Assembly: GCA_951406725.2 (NCBI GenBank)
Contig: OX597826.1
Span: 59,210,001-59,274,000, forward strand
Length of the DNA stretch: 64,000 bases
Direction of reading: 5' to 3'
From: Octopus vulgaris
Lineage: Eukaryota
The notes under the pieces were generated by a model. The model was not told the origin of the DNA. It did not search any database and worked only from the letters and a program-made list of their open reading frames with translations. The position numbers and the translations under genes are program-made. Below are positions 13,945-31,900 of the stretch, piece by piece (the first letter of the stretch is position 1; the number at the start of each line of letters is the position of its first letter).

Positions 13945-14230
13945 CAAAGTGCAAAGAAAACTGCAGCAACGATAACGACAGAAAAATAGAAAGAAAAACA
14001 AGAAAGGACTTCTTATCAATGTTATGCTTTAAATTGATATCATTTCACATAATTACAATAATATTAAACATAATGCTGTTAAAATTAATAATAATGAAGA
14101 GAAATAGAAGTATCTCATCTCATGTTTATATAATGTCCCGCATAATGATACCAGTGAAACACTGGGGTCGATGTAATCTACTAATTCTCCCCGCTAAAAT
14201 TTCAGGCCTTGTGCCTTTAGTAGGAAAATT

Positions 14231-14242
14231 ATTATAATTATA

Positions 14243-14314
<72 letters not shown>

Positions 14315-14345
14315 TTTATTATCATCATCATTATCATTATCATTA

Positions 14346-14388
<43 letters not shown>

Positions 14389-14429
14389 CTTTATTATTAT
14401 TATCTTTTGTTTGTAGTAGTAGTAGTAGT

Positions 14430-14508
<79 letters not shown>

Positions 14509-14830
14509 AATGACATGCAAATGAATAATCGTTCACAACAAAACAAGGATAAGCTCAGATACTTCGGAAAGTAACAGAAACATTGTAGAAGTCAAGAAGA
14601 AGAAGAAGAAGAAGAAGAAGAAGAAGAAGAAGAAGAAGAAGAAGAAGAAGAAGAAGAAGAACAAGAACAAGAACAAGAAGAACAGGAACAAGAACAAGAA
14701 CAAGAAGAAGAACAAGAAGAACAAGAAGAACACGAAGAAGAAGAAGAAGAAGAACAAGAAGAACAAGAAGAACAAGAACAAGAAGAACAAGAAGAAGAAC
14801 AACAACAACAAGAGTATCAGCAACGAGAGC
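14231..14830. repeat. (TTA)n, (GTA)n/(GCA)n and (AAG)n/(AAC)n trinucleotide cluster
   Basis: Read directly. Confidence 0.97.
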
Positions 14831-15275
14831 AACAGGAATGACAATTATAACGACAACAGCAACAGCATCAATGTGAATAAAAAAAACAACAAAAATATCA
14901 ATAATTACGAAAACAACACTAAAAACAACAGCAACATTAATAATTTGTACATATATCAGAGACGGAATGTTACTTTTTTTTTATTTACTTTTAAACAGAT
15001 TCCTCGTAAATATATTGGCAATTTGTAGAAAGCATCGTAGCCTAATTAAGGTGAATTCTTATAGATTAACGCATCAGCGCCGTCATCAATTGTCGTTAAA
15101 AGGAAGTTCACAACGCCGCTGAGCATGCTGGGATGTGCACAGCTTAAAGAAGTTGCAAATATCCACTTCATCAAATTGTTTTTCGCATTAGGTGCCGCGA
15201 GATGACGTCACCGGCGATAATGGAGAGAGACTGGGAAGAGAGCGCGGAGATTAAGAGAGCTATCGTGTAGGAAAC

Positions 15276-15835
<560 letters not shown>

Positions 15836-15904
15836 GATTACCAAATTTGATAGAACAGACCAAGAAATTACAGAAAGTGAAAAGTTAGAAAAAACGTAGG
15901 AAAG

Positions 15905-16112
15905 GAGTTCAAATTCCGCCGAGGTCGACTTTGCCTTTCATCCTTTCGGGGTCGATGAAATAAGTACCAGTTATGCACTGGGGTCGATATAATCGACTTA
16001 ATCTCTTTGTCTGTCCTCGTTTGTCCCCTCTATATTTAGTCCCTTGTGGGTAATAAAGAAATAAGAAACGTTAGCACGCCAAGCGCTAAATGCTTAGCGG
16101 TATTTCATCTGT
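15905..16112 (+). mobile_element. SINE family B, permuted (body+tail followed by head)
   Basis: gagttcaaattccgccgagg..gtgggtaataaagaaata is followed directly by agaaacgttagcacgcc..aaatgcttagcggtatttc. Confidence 0.88.
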
Positions 16113-16299
16113 GTGAGTTTGGGATTTATTGATAATTATTATTGGAGTGCGTCTGTATAGTAAATGCACGTTGCTATTGACTGTTTTTGTGTTATTTCCT
16201 GTTATAATTATCGTACATTCGGGTTGAGAACTTTGGAAATTCCCAAAAGTCCTTGACCTGGGAGAGGAGCCTTGCCTGTTTGGGATAAGCTCGCAAGAC

Positions 16300-16620
16300 A
16301 TGGTAAGCGTCAGTCTCCGACCTGTTCAAGATGCAGGGGAGATATCTGAAATGTGGGTTTATGCTGAACACCTGTTGTCCGGCAAAGGAAGAGTACGGCT
16401 GTCGACTGAGTCAATTATAAAAATTGACCCACCGGAACTTTTAACAAACGAAGGTAAGAATTGTTTTCGCAGTGTATTCCATTCGTCAAACATAGGGTTG
16501 GGTTTGAAATTCCACCAGAACGCCTGATGAAGGCTGGAGAGTACATTAGCCGAAACGTTGTGATAACAACAAAGAAGATGAGGACACCTATTCGTCCATT
16601 ATAAATAATGTACAGAATAA
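16300..16620 (+). mobile_element. Penelope-like 3' module with hammerhead motif (5' boundary uncertain)
   Basis: 16505-16620 is homologous to 39590-39737 and 40005-40115. Confidence 0.65.
16519..16563 (+). ncRNA. Minimal type-I hammerhead ribozyme motif
   Basis: cgc-CTGATGA-A-GGCTG(loop)TAGCC-GAAAC-GTT-gtg: canonical core, helix II pairs, palindromic AACGTT helix III, short helix I. Confidence 0.7.
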
Positions 16621-16654
16621 GGATGTTTGGAATATTTGGAACATTTTCTGTGAA

Positions 16655-16812
16655 AAAGTACCAGCGTTCAACTGGTATTTATTTTATCGATCACAAATGC
16701 CTAAAAAGCTAAGTAAACCTCAGTGTTATTTTGAACTCAGAACATAAAGAGCCCGAAGCAATGTCGCTAAGAATTTTCTCCGACGCAATAACGATTCTAC
16801 TAACTCGCCGCC
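16655..16812 (-). mobile_element. SINE family B, diverged
   Basis: caactggtatttattttatcga..ttgaactcagaac..aacgattctactaactcgccgcc. Confidence 0.72.
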
Positions 16813-17035
16813 TATATCTCTTTGATTAATGATTACGGTTAAATTATAGCCAAGTAATAATACTTTTCATTAGGTGCTTTATTAGAAAGATATCTGTTTG
16901 TCAGCTCATCCTCCGAGTTTGCTATTATGCCCTGCTTCGTGAAGATGCTAATTCCATTTCACATAAAAATAGTCATAATATTTCAGCATCCACGCATGCG
17001 TCGAAGATTAATTTCAATATTATGACCATATTCTT

Positions 17036-17412
17036 TTATTCTTTTACTCTTTTGTTTCAGTCCCCTGACTGCGGCCATGCTGAAGTATCGCTTTTAAAGG
17101 TCTTTTAGTCAAAGAAATCGACCCCAGGACTTATTTTTTGTAAGCCTAGTACTTATTCTATCAATTTCTTTTGGCGAACCAAAAACGGTTATCAAGTGAT
17201 GGTGAGGGGACAAACGCAAACTTAAGACTCACACAAACAAACATATATAGGATGGGTTTCTTTGAGTTTCCGTCTACCAAATCCACTCACAAGGCTTTAG
17301 TAGGCCCAAGGCTATAGTAGAAGACACTTGCCCAAGGTGCCATGCAGACGGAATGAACCCGGAATCATGTGGTTGGGAAGGAAACTTATTACCATACAGC
17401 CACGCCTGCACC
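17036..17412 (-). mobile_element. SINE family A
   Basis: Collinear with the reverse complement of 4574-5008, one internal deletion. Confidence 0.9.
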
Positions 17413-17548
17413 TAATTCCGCCTAGATCCACTTTGCCTTTCATCATTTTCGTGTCCATAAAATAAGTACCACTTGAACACAAGGGTCGCTGTAATCAACT
17501 TATGTCCTCTCCTGAAATTGCAGCCCTTGCTCCAAAATTTGAAATCGA
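17413..17548 (+). mobile_element. SINE family B, 5'-truncated
   Basis: aattccgcc..ctttgcctttcatc..aaataagtacc..gaaattgcagcccttgctccaaaatttgaaa. Confidence 0.75.
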
Positions 17549-18120
17549 TATTACGACTCTATATTCCGCATAAATATATCTTTTATCATTATGTGTATGA
17601 ATCATTATTTTTGCCTACCATTGAGCGTAAGCATTATTGTTTACATCCTAAATGTTCAATACCAAGTTTAGTTGAATGGTTAGCACAGTTTCCACATGGC
17701 TGCCCAATCTTCGGAATTCTGAAGTTTTAGATATTCAGTAAACTCTTTGTTGCAATAGCATTAATAAGATTCATTTTATTGTTCGTGTTGTTCCAACTCG
17801 TTGCTTCCATTTCGGATCTTATGCCTTTCCTTTGCAATGCTAATGGGGATTTTTATTTCATTCAATTTAGTGGAAGATATACACGTAATTATTTCATATA
17901 CCCACTTCAATGCTAGGCTTTGTTAGATGAAGCGGCTTTATCAATGAGAATCTTGACATTTGCAAAAAGGCTCCATATTCTAATCAATATGTTCTTAACT
18001 AGACCGCCAATAATGGACTTTAGATTGTTAGACAATTTATGGTTTGTGAAAAAATAATGTGTCAGAATTCTTAGGCTGTGTGTTATACCGAGAAAAATAA
18101 CACAATACTGTTTTCAAAAG

Positions 18121-18390
18121 TGCGTGGTCTAGTGTTTAAGTTGTTGCATTCAGGACAGAAAGATCGTGGTTTCGGTTTGTGGATCCGGCTACATGCTTTG
18201 CTTTTCAGTAAAATATATCCTTTCCCATTGCTCCAATCCGTTCAGTTTTGAATGAGCTCCAGCAATAACTGGAAGTTAACCTTGTTCCAGATCAGTATCC
18301 TGTTCAAGATGGTTTGTCTTAATCTGTCATTTATAAGCCAAGGAGACTGGTTTAAGCAAGAAGACTGGTATTACGAGTCGTTGTGTTCAT
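18121..18390 (+). mobile_element. SINE family C (head 2 + tail X), strongly diverged
   Basis: gcgtggtctagtg..agatcgtggtttcg..ttgctccaatcc..gagactgg..ttacgagtc. Confidence 0.5.
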
Positions 18391-19514
18391 GACAGACCTA
18401 ATAGACAGGTTAAAGATTTTGAAGACTATACGGAAGCGCGTCCGGAGACTTTTCTAAAGACAAAACAAAAATGTTCATAGCCATTTACAGAAAATAGCTC
18501 TCTGGGGTAAACCCCTGCAGAAATCGGGACAATTTCGAAGTAATTGATCGACTTTTAATATTAAATAAACTTCGATTGAAATGTAAGAACGCTTGGATAT
18601 ATCAAAATCATACACTTTGAATTTCGTATGCAATTACGAGAACAAAATGAGCTGGGAGAAGATTCCAGATGATTGGGTGGAGGACTTAGTGAGGAACTAG
18701 AGGAAATGAATGCAATATTCAAGGGGAGACGGAGAAATGTATAGATCGGTGATAACCGACTGGTGGAGATGTATGTATGTATGTATGTATGTATGTATGT
18801 ATGTATGTATGTATGTATGTATGTATGTGTGTGTGTATGCATGCGTACATGGATGTATATGCGTATGCATTATTCTCCAAGATGCTGTACATTAATTCTG
18901 TTCGTATTTGTTCTCTAGCATTATTGTTGCTACTCTTTTGCCTTGGTGAATGACTCCTTATAATATACTGCGCTCATTTGTGGTTTCTGTCGTGACAAAA
19001 TTCAATTGCAATATTTGATAATAGAATGGTCAGGCTGTTTTATATTTGTTGCATTTTTCTCCTGTAATAAATAGCATGTTAATAATGACTAGACTGTAAA
19101 GCGCAAAGGAATAGAAACAGTGTGTCGTTTACATGTTCATTCAGAAAAAAAAATATGAAAACATATAATATTAAGTAATACAATAGGATTCGATCTAATG
19201 CTGACGGTGAAATCATTGAGAAGAAAGCGGTGATTGATTACAATGTGAGATATTACTAAGCATGTGCCAGAGCCCATCGTTACAGCTGCCAATCTCTGCT
19301 AAATCCCATGGTAGTGTTTTGTTTTGTGTTATTCCTGCAAAATTATTGCTAAATGGCATGATTCTCGGGCTGAAGATATCAGGCATTTCTACAAAATGTT
19401 GAATTAATATTTCGATGATGAAGAGGTGGTCGCATCGACGTCTTATCCAGTTGAAGAAAAATTGCTATTTTCTGGAAGTGTGGTCAGTCAGCTTACTTTC
19501 ATTCAGGACTGCAA

Positions 19515-19935
19515 TATTGGTTTCAAATTTTGGCAAAGGGTCAACAATTTTATGGTGGTGGAGGTAAACCAATTACATCAACCCCAGTATTCAACTGGAA
19601 CTTAATTTATCGACACGAAAAGGATGAAAGGCAAAGTCGGCCACGGCGGAATTTAAACTCAGAACGTGCAAGCGGATGAAATGCCGGGGTGCTAACGGTT
19701 CTGCCAGGTTGCAGCCTGTCCAGAACTGTTAAATTCTTTTCTAATCTAGGTACAAGGCCCGAAATTTATGGGGAGGGGGCCAGTCGATTAGATCGACCCC
19801 ACTACGTAACTGGTGCTTAATTTATCGACCCCAAAAATGCAAAGTCGACCTCGGCGGAATTTTAACCCTGAACGTAAAGACACGAAATACCATGTGGCAC
19901 TTCGCCCGGCGTGGAAATGTTTCTGCTAGTTCACC
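19515..19935 (-). mobile_element. Two tandem SINE family B copies
   Basis: Two successive blocks with ..ccccagta/ccccacta..ttaatttatcgac..gcaaagtcg..cggcggaattt. Confidence 0.82.
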
Positions 19936-21689
19936 TTAGGACTGTTATAGTAATAATGAGCCACTATAGTTCTTTGGTTGTTAGGGCTGATTATCATTTA
20001 GGTTTTTCTGCACCATCCTGGATGAACATTGCCTGCGACAATTCCTGCGGCATATGCCTTTTTTTAGCGTGACTATAAGCGAACTTCTAAACTATGATTG
20101 TACAAATATATTTTGCACAACCTTTCTTAATTCTTCTGTAATTAATTAATTCTATCTTGACTAAACTTTGCGTAAAGACTATATAAGTAGTAATTTGCTA
20201 TTCCAAAATATAAACAACTTTTTGTGGTTGTGAACGAACGACTCGGTATCCATAGCTGACAACTTATAATGATACAAAAAAACAAGCATCCTAAAGTTAG
20301 GTTCGACGAAATCATTCATAAACCATTGGTGCGTTATTCACATAATTTGTCTATAAGGAGAATCTTTTTTTTTTCGCCCGAGGCCATTTCTGCACCGTAT
20401 GTCTTTCCCTACTCGAGAGTAAACCATCATGCTTTATATATATATTATTGTATACACCAATAATGTTTAGCTTAACTGGTTGACTCGAACAAGTGGTACA
20501 TGTATTCTTTTTGCTATAATGTTTTCGGCGGCGGGTGTAGATTTGATGACAGTCGTTAGCTAATAGGAACTTGATAAGGCAATGCTTGTGGAAAGAAGCA
20601 TTGATATCACACTTCCCTGATAAGAACAACACACATTTGTTGCGGTTTAGAGTATCGATTGTCATTTTAAAGTGACCTCGTACCCACAGGTTTTTCATTA
20701 TTGGAACGTGATGCAGGAAGGTGCAAATATGTGATTGATAGCCAACGAAGACTGACACAAGAGGGAGGGATGGAAGAAGCTGTTTTGTGATGGAACATTT
20801 CTATAGCTTCTTGCTAAACTTTGCGAAACGGGGCTCCATGGAAACTATTTCAATGGAAGCATCGTAGACGTGCGTTGAAGTTCTTTCGCGGCAAGCCTTG
20901 ATACCAGAGCATAATATTCTTGTGAAAGACTACTTCCCATGAGAGAACAGCACTTGTGTTGTGTTATGTATTTGTTGATAGCTTTTGGATTGTAATAAGG
21001 TCTTATTCTCTGTAACAAATCTTTTTCTTAGATCCTGGACGGTATCCACTAAACCCTTACAAACTGACGACTCAACCGAGGAAACCAGTTTAGTCGCCGA
21101 TCTCTCGACCATATGGAATGGAAATATAACTAAATAAAGGCACACACGTACAGTAGCACACACAAACGTATATGAGTTCATATGTAGTGTAGAACTCTGT
21201 ACATAAGTATAGTTTATATGTGTGTGTACGTATATAGATATGTGTGTGTGTGTTTGTATCTATATAGATATATCTGTGCATGTATGTATATGTTGTGTGT
21301 ATCTATTTATGTATATATTAATTAATACAACAAGTACTTAGCTGGTGTACATAGATACATACAAATGCAGGAGTATTTCTGTATGTGTATGTGTGTATTC
21401 CTGTAGTATATAAATATAATTTAGGAACAAGTTTAAATTAAAGGGAAATATATGGATTTAATTCATTGAACGACAATAGAAATAGACAGTGGATTGGCAG
21501 ACTTGTTAGAACGGTGGGTAAAAGTGCCTACTGTATTTACTTACTCTTTTCAAATCTATCTCAAATTACCTTTGCCATTCATCCTTCCAAAAATAAATAA
21601 TACTAGTGAAGTACTAGGTTCGATATCCTATTCTTACTTAGTAATTTCGATGGCAACGGAATTACGATAGATGAAAATTCTAACAAATA

Positions 21690-22077
21690 ACGAAAGTGGG
21701 AATGTTTTATGAGAAGAAATTGAAACGGTTTTGAAGAGTAGAATGTAATTGATGGATGTAAAGAAACGACGAAAGAAGTGTAACGGGGGAAAAAAAACAG
21801 GTTAAAAGGGTTTTCGATGAACAAAAAAAAAAAGACCCGATGCGATGCTGTAGATATTAAAATGTATATTAAAAAGGGAAGATAAGATCCAAAAGGTTCT
21901 AAAACATGTATAAGCTGTAGTTGTGAAGGTATGATGTAGATATTAAATATATATACTTATACATACACACCACATACATATATTTGTGTGTGTGTATGTA
22001 TATGAACACACAGACATACACATATGTATATATACATATGCATGTCTATATGTCAGTTCCTCTATCTCTCTATATAT

Positions 22078-22126
<49 letters not shown>

Positions 22127-22750
22127 AAATAAAGTATATAAAAAAGAAATAAACGAAAAATATGATGGAAGAGATAAAAGTAATTGATGGATGGGAAGAA
22201 ACGATGAAAGAAATGTAAAAATGAAAGCAGAGTTAAGGAAGAGATGAGAGGATGTAGATGAGAAGGTAAAAAGATACTAAATTATATATTAAGCAAATGA
22301 AAGGAAAGGATGGAATATAGCATCAAAGAAAAACAAATGGAACATGGAACACAAGAGGTAGGAATTGTAGAAAAGGTAAAAGTGGTAAGAAGAAAGGAGA
22401 GAAAGAAGCATATATGTAAAAAGGAAGATGAGACCTGAAGAAAAGAAGAGGTGACCGTGTGATGAGAACGAAGACGAATTAATAACGCAAAGAAAAAAAA
22501 AAGAAGGATGCAAAGTGAAGGATAAAATATCAACAGTTAAAATAATATAGAAAGGAAAGAAATGATGAGAAATAAAGGTCTTAAGAAAAGATTTAAATAT
22601 AGCAAGTTTGATGAAGTTACTATTAATGAATATATTCGCTATCAATAAAAAAAAAAATGGATATAGAGACATAGATGGATAAATTCATAGACAGAGTGTT
22701 AGATAGAGAGGTAGATAGATGTAAAGAAAGACAGGGAGATAGATAACAGG
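21690..22750. repeat. Purine-rich (A/G) low-complexity tract
   Basis: Strong A/G strand skew with no consistent period. Confidence 0.6.
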
Positions 22751-23361
22751 GTAACTGTTGATAACGAGCGTATGCAGTTTTATATTGCAGAGGGAAGCCA
22801 TGTTTTTCTTTTCTGTATGTAGCTATTACACTTACTAAAGTACATGGATATAATAGCAATCTCATTTCTGAAACAGGGTCCTAATATGACATCGTGTACA
22901 GATTTGTTCACATATTTCATACTGTCCTATTGCTTGCATTGATTCCGTCGTCTTTGAAGCTAGCAGAATAAATACTATACAGGTATGTCAGGTAGAAATA
23001 TATGTGCATACATATTAGCAACCGCATCCACTACATATTCTATGTCCCTTTTAACAATACTTCAATGACTTGTGTTTCTCTGAAATAGCAAATGGCATTC
23101 CTAAAATTTTGTCACCCGTAAAGTTTTTGTCATCTTTACTCTGCGACACCTCCCAAAACCTATACTACACTCTTTCCTTCCTTTTACTTCATTTTTCTTT
23201 CTTTCTTTCCTTCTCTAAGATGGAGGTGCGTGCAATGCAATTCTGTCTTCTAATTTTTTGGTATGAGCTTATGCCTACATAAGTCTCATTATGTATCGTA
23301 TCGGTCTCATTAATCTGTGAAAACGTCGGCAGATAATTAAAAGCTGTTCCGCTCACTTATC

Positions 23362-23810
<449 letters not shown>

Positions 23811-23849
23811 TTGTATGTGTGCATGGATGGTTGAATAAAATCCCATATT

Positions 23850-24130
23850 CAAAATGGAGATTATCGCAACTGAAACGTTGCGGGTATTTCGTTCACCATC
23901 CTTACACACTCCTTATTCAGAGACCTTTTTGATCGTGATAGGCTACTGGACCTGAAGAAAATTCTAATTTGGCTCCACCTGCAAAAACATGCGATATTTT
24001 ATCTTCATATGAGATCCCCCATGTTGTGTACATACAGTAATGATGTATGTGCTTGGTATACCCTTATCAGACGATAAGTCATGATGGCGATATTGGGCTT
24101 CGTATATTTACACTCTAGCGTCCATTTGAT
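23850..24130 (+). mobile_element. Partial copy of the non-coding element at 61022-61568
   Basis: catcctt..ccttattcag.gaccttt..gaagaaaattctaa..ttatctt.atatgagatc..atgtg.ctggt.tacccttat.agacg is the reverse complement of 61050-61300. Confidence 0.75.
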
Positions 24131-24269
24131 AGTATTTGCTTATCACGTCATTTCGTTTTCTTATAGGGTTTCACTTGTGACATTTGTTGTATTAATGTTT
24201 TTAATATGTGCTTGTAATGCGAGTTGTATTACTTTGCCAAGTATCCATCCAGCAGAGTACATGTGGGAG

Positions 24270-25060
24270 TTGTACATTTTATTAGATGCTTATTGTACAG
24301 TGTATGACTTCTGCCTCTGGATTGTTTTATTTATGTTTTGCTGTCTAATTGACAGTGTCTTGCGTAGGATGTGGGCAGTTCCTAGTAGCACTATTTTTTT
24401 GGAGAGTGTGTAGTGTTGTGTGCAAGATACATCTACGTTTTTGTTATTACGTTATTTTAGCATATCCAACGCTCCAATTATTACTAGTATCTTTTTAAAC
24501 TTCAAGCCCAACATCTTGAATATTTAATTTCGAGATTTTGGTATAGTATCTCTACTTCTTTGTAGACAATATTTTGGTCAGAAAGGACTGTAACTGCCAC
24601 TTCTTGATTATTACGTCTGGGCAATTCGCTTTGATTTCTTTTTCAGTTTGAATTGGCGCATCCCACATGAGTATGGACCGGCCATTGTCATGCATCCTAT
24701 TTGGTACGTGTTTATCTGTTCAACTGTCTGATTGGGCTGGTTGCAAATTCTGTGCTGCACATTTGGTGTTAGGGTCTATTTTCATTATTTTGCTTTTATA
24801 GTCCAGCGAAAATCCCTTCCGTCCGTGCTTATAGTACTGAGATTCTGAGCAATTGTTGGCTTTTACTTTGACTCACTTCTCCGTCAACCCTTGAAGAGTA
24901 TTGATCACGGAATAACTTTTCTATCCACTTTGTCTTTGATATGTTTTGTAGTTTTATTCTTATGTTTTTTTTAATCACTAACCATTTATGTTATATGAGT
25001 TTAGTTTGCCAGTATAGCTTGCTTCTGCTAAGTATTTTATAGCTACATTTTCCATCAACG
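24270..25060 (-). mobile_element. R4/Dong-type non-LTR retrotransposon, decayed 3' portion
   Basis: Minus strand gives KIVLLGTAHILRKTLS at 24355-24400 and remnants of ILMWD..IQTEKEIKANCPD (RLE region) and a CRIC zinc-knuckle; many stops. Confidence 0.72.
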
Positions 25061-25271
25061 AATGGATGCTGGGTGCTATCATTCATATTTTGGCTTTGAA
25101 TTTCTATAATTTTGAATATTTATCACTTTTCATTTGGAACTCGACAAAGACAGGCTTGCTATCAAAATATCGTTCAAACAAAAAATATCTATTGCAATCG
25201 CATCGCGCTCTTCCTATTATCTATTATCTATTATTATTATTATTATTATTATTATTATCATTATTATTATT

Positions 25272-26415
25272 ATTCACTAGTTTTATTTTTATAGCGTGCT
25301 TTCACTTAACTACCGATCGCAGCTCTGTGTGTCTTGGGTATGTGCTGTAGTTTGTTGTGATGCTCTTATAGTTACTGTATTGAAAGTGTTTTACGTAAGA
25401 TGCGTGCGGTGCCTAGTAGTGCTATTTTCTGTATGTTATATATATTTGTTAGTCCTGTTTTTTTTTATGTATTTGTCTGAATATTTTATTATCATACCTC
25501 ATGCGCCCACCATGATAGGAATTGTTTTGTTTGTGTTTTGTGGCTATTTGTATTAGTATTCCTTGCTTTTAAAGTAGGTATTTTTGTAGTCCCATTGTGA
25601 TTATGTTGTAATAGTTTTGTAAGGCCTCTACCACTTTCTATAAGTTGTATATATAACTTTTCTATGTCACTATGTTACTTGTCTTCCTGTCTATTTTCAT
25701 TAGTTCAGTTAGTGTCCAGTTAAGGATATTGTAGCTGTAACTTATAACTGGGACGGCTAAAGTGTTTACACCTATTATCGTGTTTTTCGCATTGAGCTCC
25801 GTTTTCAATTTTAATCTAACTCATGTATATTATTCGTTTTTTATGTTCTCTTTCGTTTGTGCGTGTCCTTTCGTATCTGGGTCATTGATTCCTAAATATT
25901 TGCATGTCTGGCTTTGGTCTAATTCTCTTATTTTATTTGCTTTATCTAGTGTGATATTGCTACTCTTAAATAGTTTTCCTCTTTTCAACGTTTCTTTGGC
26001 ATATTTTCCTAAGCCAAATTTCATGTTTATTTCTTTGGTAAATCCATGTACTGTCTGTAGTAATGTTTCCAGCTGTTCGTCATTTGTAGCGTATAGTCTT
26101 AGGTCATCCATATATAAGAGGTGGCTGATTGTTTCGCTGTAACATTTGTATCCGCATCCAGTTCTGTTTAGCATATCAGATAAAGGTGTCAGTGGCAAGC
26201 AGAAAAGGCGTGGAGAGAGCGTGTCTCCCTTGAATATTCCTTTTTTAATGGGCATGGCTTTGGTTTTTATGAGCCCCTCTTTTGTTTGGAGCTGTAGCAC
26301 TGTCTGGGATATATTCATGGCATGTGTTATATATTTTATGATTATGGGTGTTACCATGTTCATGGCTAGTGTTTCCAGGATCCATGTACGGGGAATATTA
26401 TCAAAAGCTTTTCGG
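25272..26415 (-). mobile_element. R4/Dong-type non-LTR retrotransposon, 5'-truncated and internally deleted
   Basis: ORF 25830-26363 has RT motifs GIFKGDTLSPRLFCL, HLLYMDDLRLY, MKFGLGK, YLG; C-terminal IALLGTA..LRKTLS; 3' end runs into (TAA)n. Confidence 0.9.
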
Positions 26416-26448
26416 TAATATTATCATTATTTTTATTATTATTATTAA

Positions 26449-26482
<34 letters not shown>

Positions 26483-26611
26483 GTTGTTGTTGTTGTTGTT
26501 ATTATTATTATTATTACTATTACTATCATTATTATAATCATTTTCATTATTATTATTATTATTATTGTTATCATTATCATTATCATCATAATTATGCTAA
26601 TAATAATAATG

Positions 26612-26673
<62 letters not shown>

Positions 26674-26708
26674 TATTATTATTATTATTATTATCATTAT
26701 TATTATTA

Positions 26709-26779
<71 letters not shown>

Positions 26780-26800
26780 CATACATACATACATACATAT
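26416..26800. repeat. (TTA)n/(TAA)n microsatellite with internal strand switch
   Basis: (TTA)n to ~26595, (TAA)n 26598-26672, then (TTA)n again. Confidence 0.95.
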
Positions 26801-27394
26801 TTCACTGCAGAACACTCCCTTCGTTATCTGTCGCCTGCTGCAAAAACGAAGCAGAAAATAGTGCTCAAAGCATTTTGTAAAAATGTATATATTTATTGGA
26901 AACTCGTGTAGTATCTCGTTACGACAAAGTGCTTGAACTAGAGAAGTTCTTGTGACGGAGTGAAATCGTAATTTGAATAAGTGGATACATAAAGACATAC
27001 ACACGTACACATAATACAAACATACATACATACATACATACATACATACATACATACATGCTGACGCTCAGACGTCGACACTCTCATACATATATTAATT
27101 GTACATATCTATACAATCGCCTACATGTATATACATACATACATACATCATACATACACACAAACATACACACACATATATATATATATATTCATATATA
27201 TATGTATTATTCAAATATTCTTTCATATGTATAGACATGTATATCAATGCATGTATTTTCATAAACACACACACACATACACACACACACGTACAAGCAT
27301 ATATATACACACATATATGTATACATACTGGACATATGTGGATAAGCACAAACATGAAAATATGTATATGCAGGGAGCCATATATATTCGTGTG

Positions 27395-27588
27395 TACCGT
27401 TGGCGATTTTTTTTCCCCTGTCTTCCCTTCGCTGGATCTATCCTTCTCCTATGTTTCCGACGAAGAGCTCCGCTCGAAACGTTAAACCCTCCTTCTTTCC
27501 TTCTTTCCTGAGCGTCCACTAATACTATATTTGTTCCACGACCTCGTGTTTTTTGTGTTTTTTTGTGCATTCTTGTTTGGATTAACAA
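27395..27588 (+). mobile_element. Penelope-like 3' module with hammerhead motif
   Basis: Same layout as 682-923 (pyrimidine tract, GAG..CTC-GAAACGTT, ttcc.gagcgt..aatac..tttgtt, T-rich end, then TA tract). Confidence 0.7.
27453..27487 (+). ncRNA. Minimal type-I hammerhead ribozyme motif (U4C variant)
   Basis: GTTT-CCGACGA-A-GAGC-tcc-GCTC-GAAAC-GTT-AAAC: helices I and II fully paired. Confidence 0.68.
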
Positions 27589-30741
<3,153 letters not shown>

Positions 30742-30879
30742 TGGTACATCACACGTATTGAGAAGAGCATTGTCGATGTGAGAACTATTACCACCCATGT
30801 ATTTTAATTTAACTTTATTTCTATGAAAAAAAAAATGAACGAACTAGTGAGTTTAGTTTAATGGCCTACCAATGTATAT

Positions 30880-30971
30880 TATGAGTTTCTTTGCCCTAGG
30901 AGTCGGGAAGACACTCGGCAAGAAATGGAAGCAAATTTGAAACAAGAAGAAAACCCATAAATAATAATAAT

Positions 30972-31047
<76 letters not shown>
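30880..31047 (+). mobile_element. Probable Dong-type 3' UTR stub with (TAA)/(CAA)n tail
   Basis: ccctaggagtcgggaagacactcggc followed by an A-rich spacer and TAA repeats, same layout as the 3' end at 60753-60810; no coding support. Confidence 0.35.
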
Positions 31048-31051
<4 letters not shown>

Positions 31052-31900
31052 CAATAATATAGTTGAAATTTATAGAATAACAAAACACGAAGACAGGTTT
31101 ATAAACAACAAGCAGGTGTAATAGTTTGACGCTGGAGAATGTGAGAAATTCTTTTACGTTATATATGTGTGTGCGTGTGCGTGTGTGTGTGTGTGTGCAT
31201 GTGTGTGTGTTTGTTTGTTCTTGTGTGTGTATATATATATATATATTATGTATTGGCAATAATAACATATACAAGTATGTATATTATTACGTTTTAAATG
31301 TTCTTGATGCTAGTATTATTGTCCATGTCTTATTCTCTCAATCTCCTCTCTTCTCATTTATGCTGTCGTTATTGTTGCTGATCTAATTTGTTCGGGGTTT
31401 TATTTTTAATTTCAGTTAATTCTTAAATTTCTGTTCTTGTGATGTCTGCGATTTTTGTTTTTTTATTCTGTCGTTCTATAAAACTACTCCATCTGGACCG
31501 ACCGAATAGATGTATGAATAATATCAATTGAACCACAGACTTTCACAACTTTTGTATATTGAGTACTAATTTGTTCAAATTCTGTTTCACTTTTCAGAAA
31601 GAAGGATGTTATTTGCAGTAGATTTAACTGGTATTCTTATCTAATTGATCGACCATCTATTGGTTCTCTCAGGCGCACTTTCTATTGGTGTTATTGAAGG
31701 TAACCTTTTGTACATCCATATATTGATTATCATACAGCTATTTTAGAGATCGTCATCATTATCACAGTTATTCTTTCATAATAATACCCTTAATGGTCCC
31801 GCTATTTTCATGGCCACTCTCTTTTTAACATCCCACGATCATAATTTTTTACGTAATCATTTCGATAAATAAGTTGTTATTAATGGACCGATAGATACCC

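Noticed and set aside
16300-16527. 75-aa ORF as a host gene exon
   Set aside because: No recognisable domain, and it ends inside the hammerhead core of a repeat module
17700-18110. Possible CR1/L2 C-terminal remnant (LEYGA on the minus strand)
   Set aside because: A single short motif, compatible with chance
20351-21120. Possible decayed piggyBac transposase (NPKAINKY; KCDINASFHKHCL)
   Set aside because: Only two weak motif echoes, and no TTAA/TIR ends found
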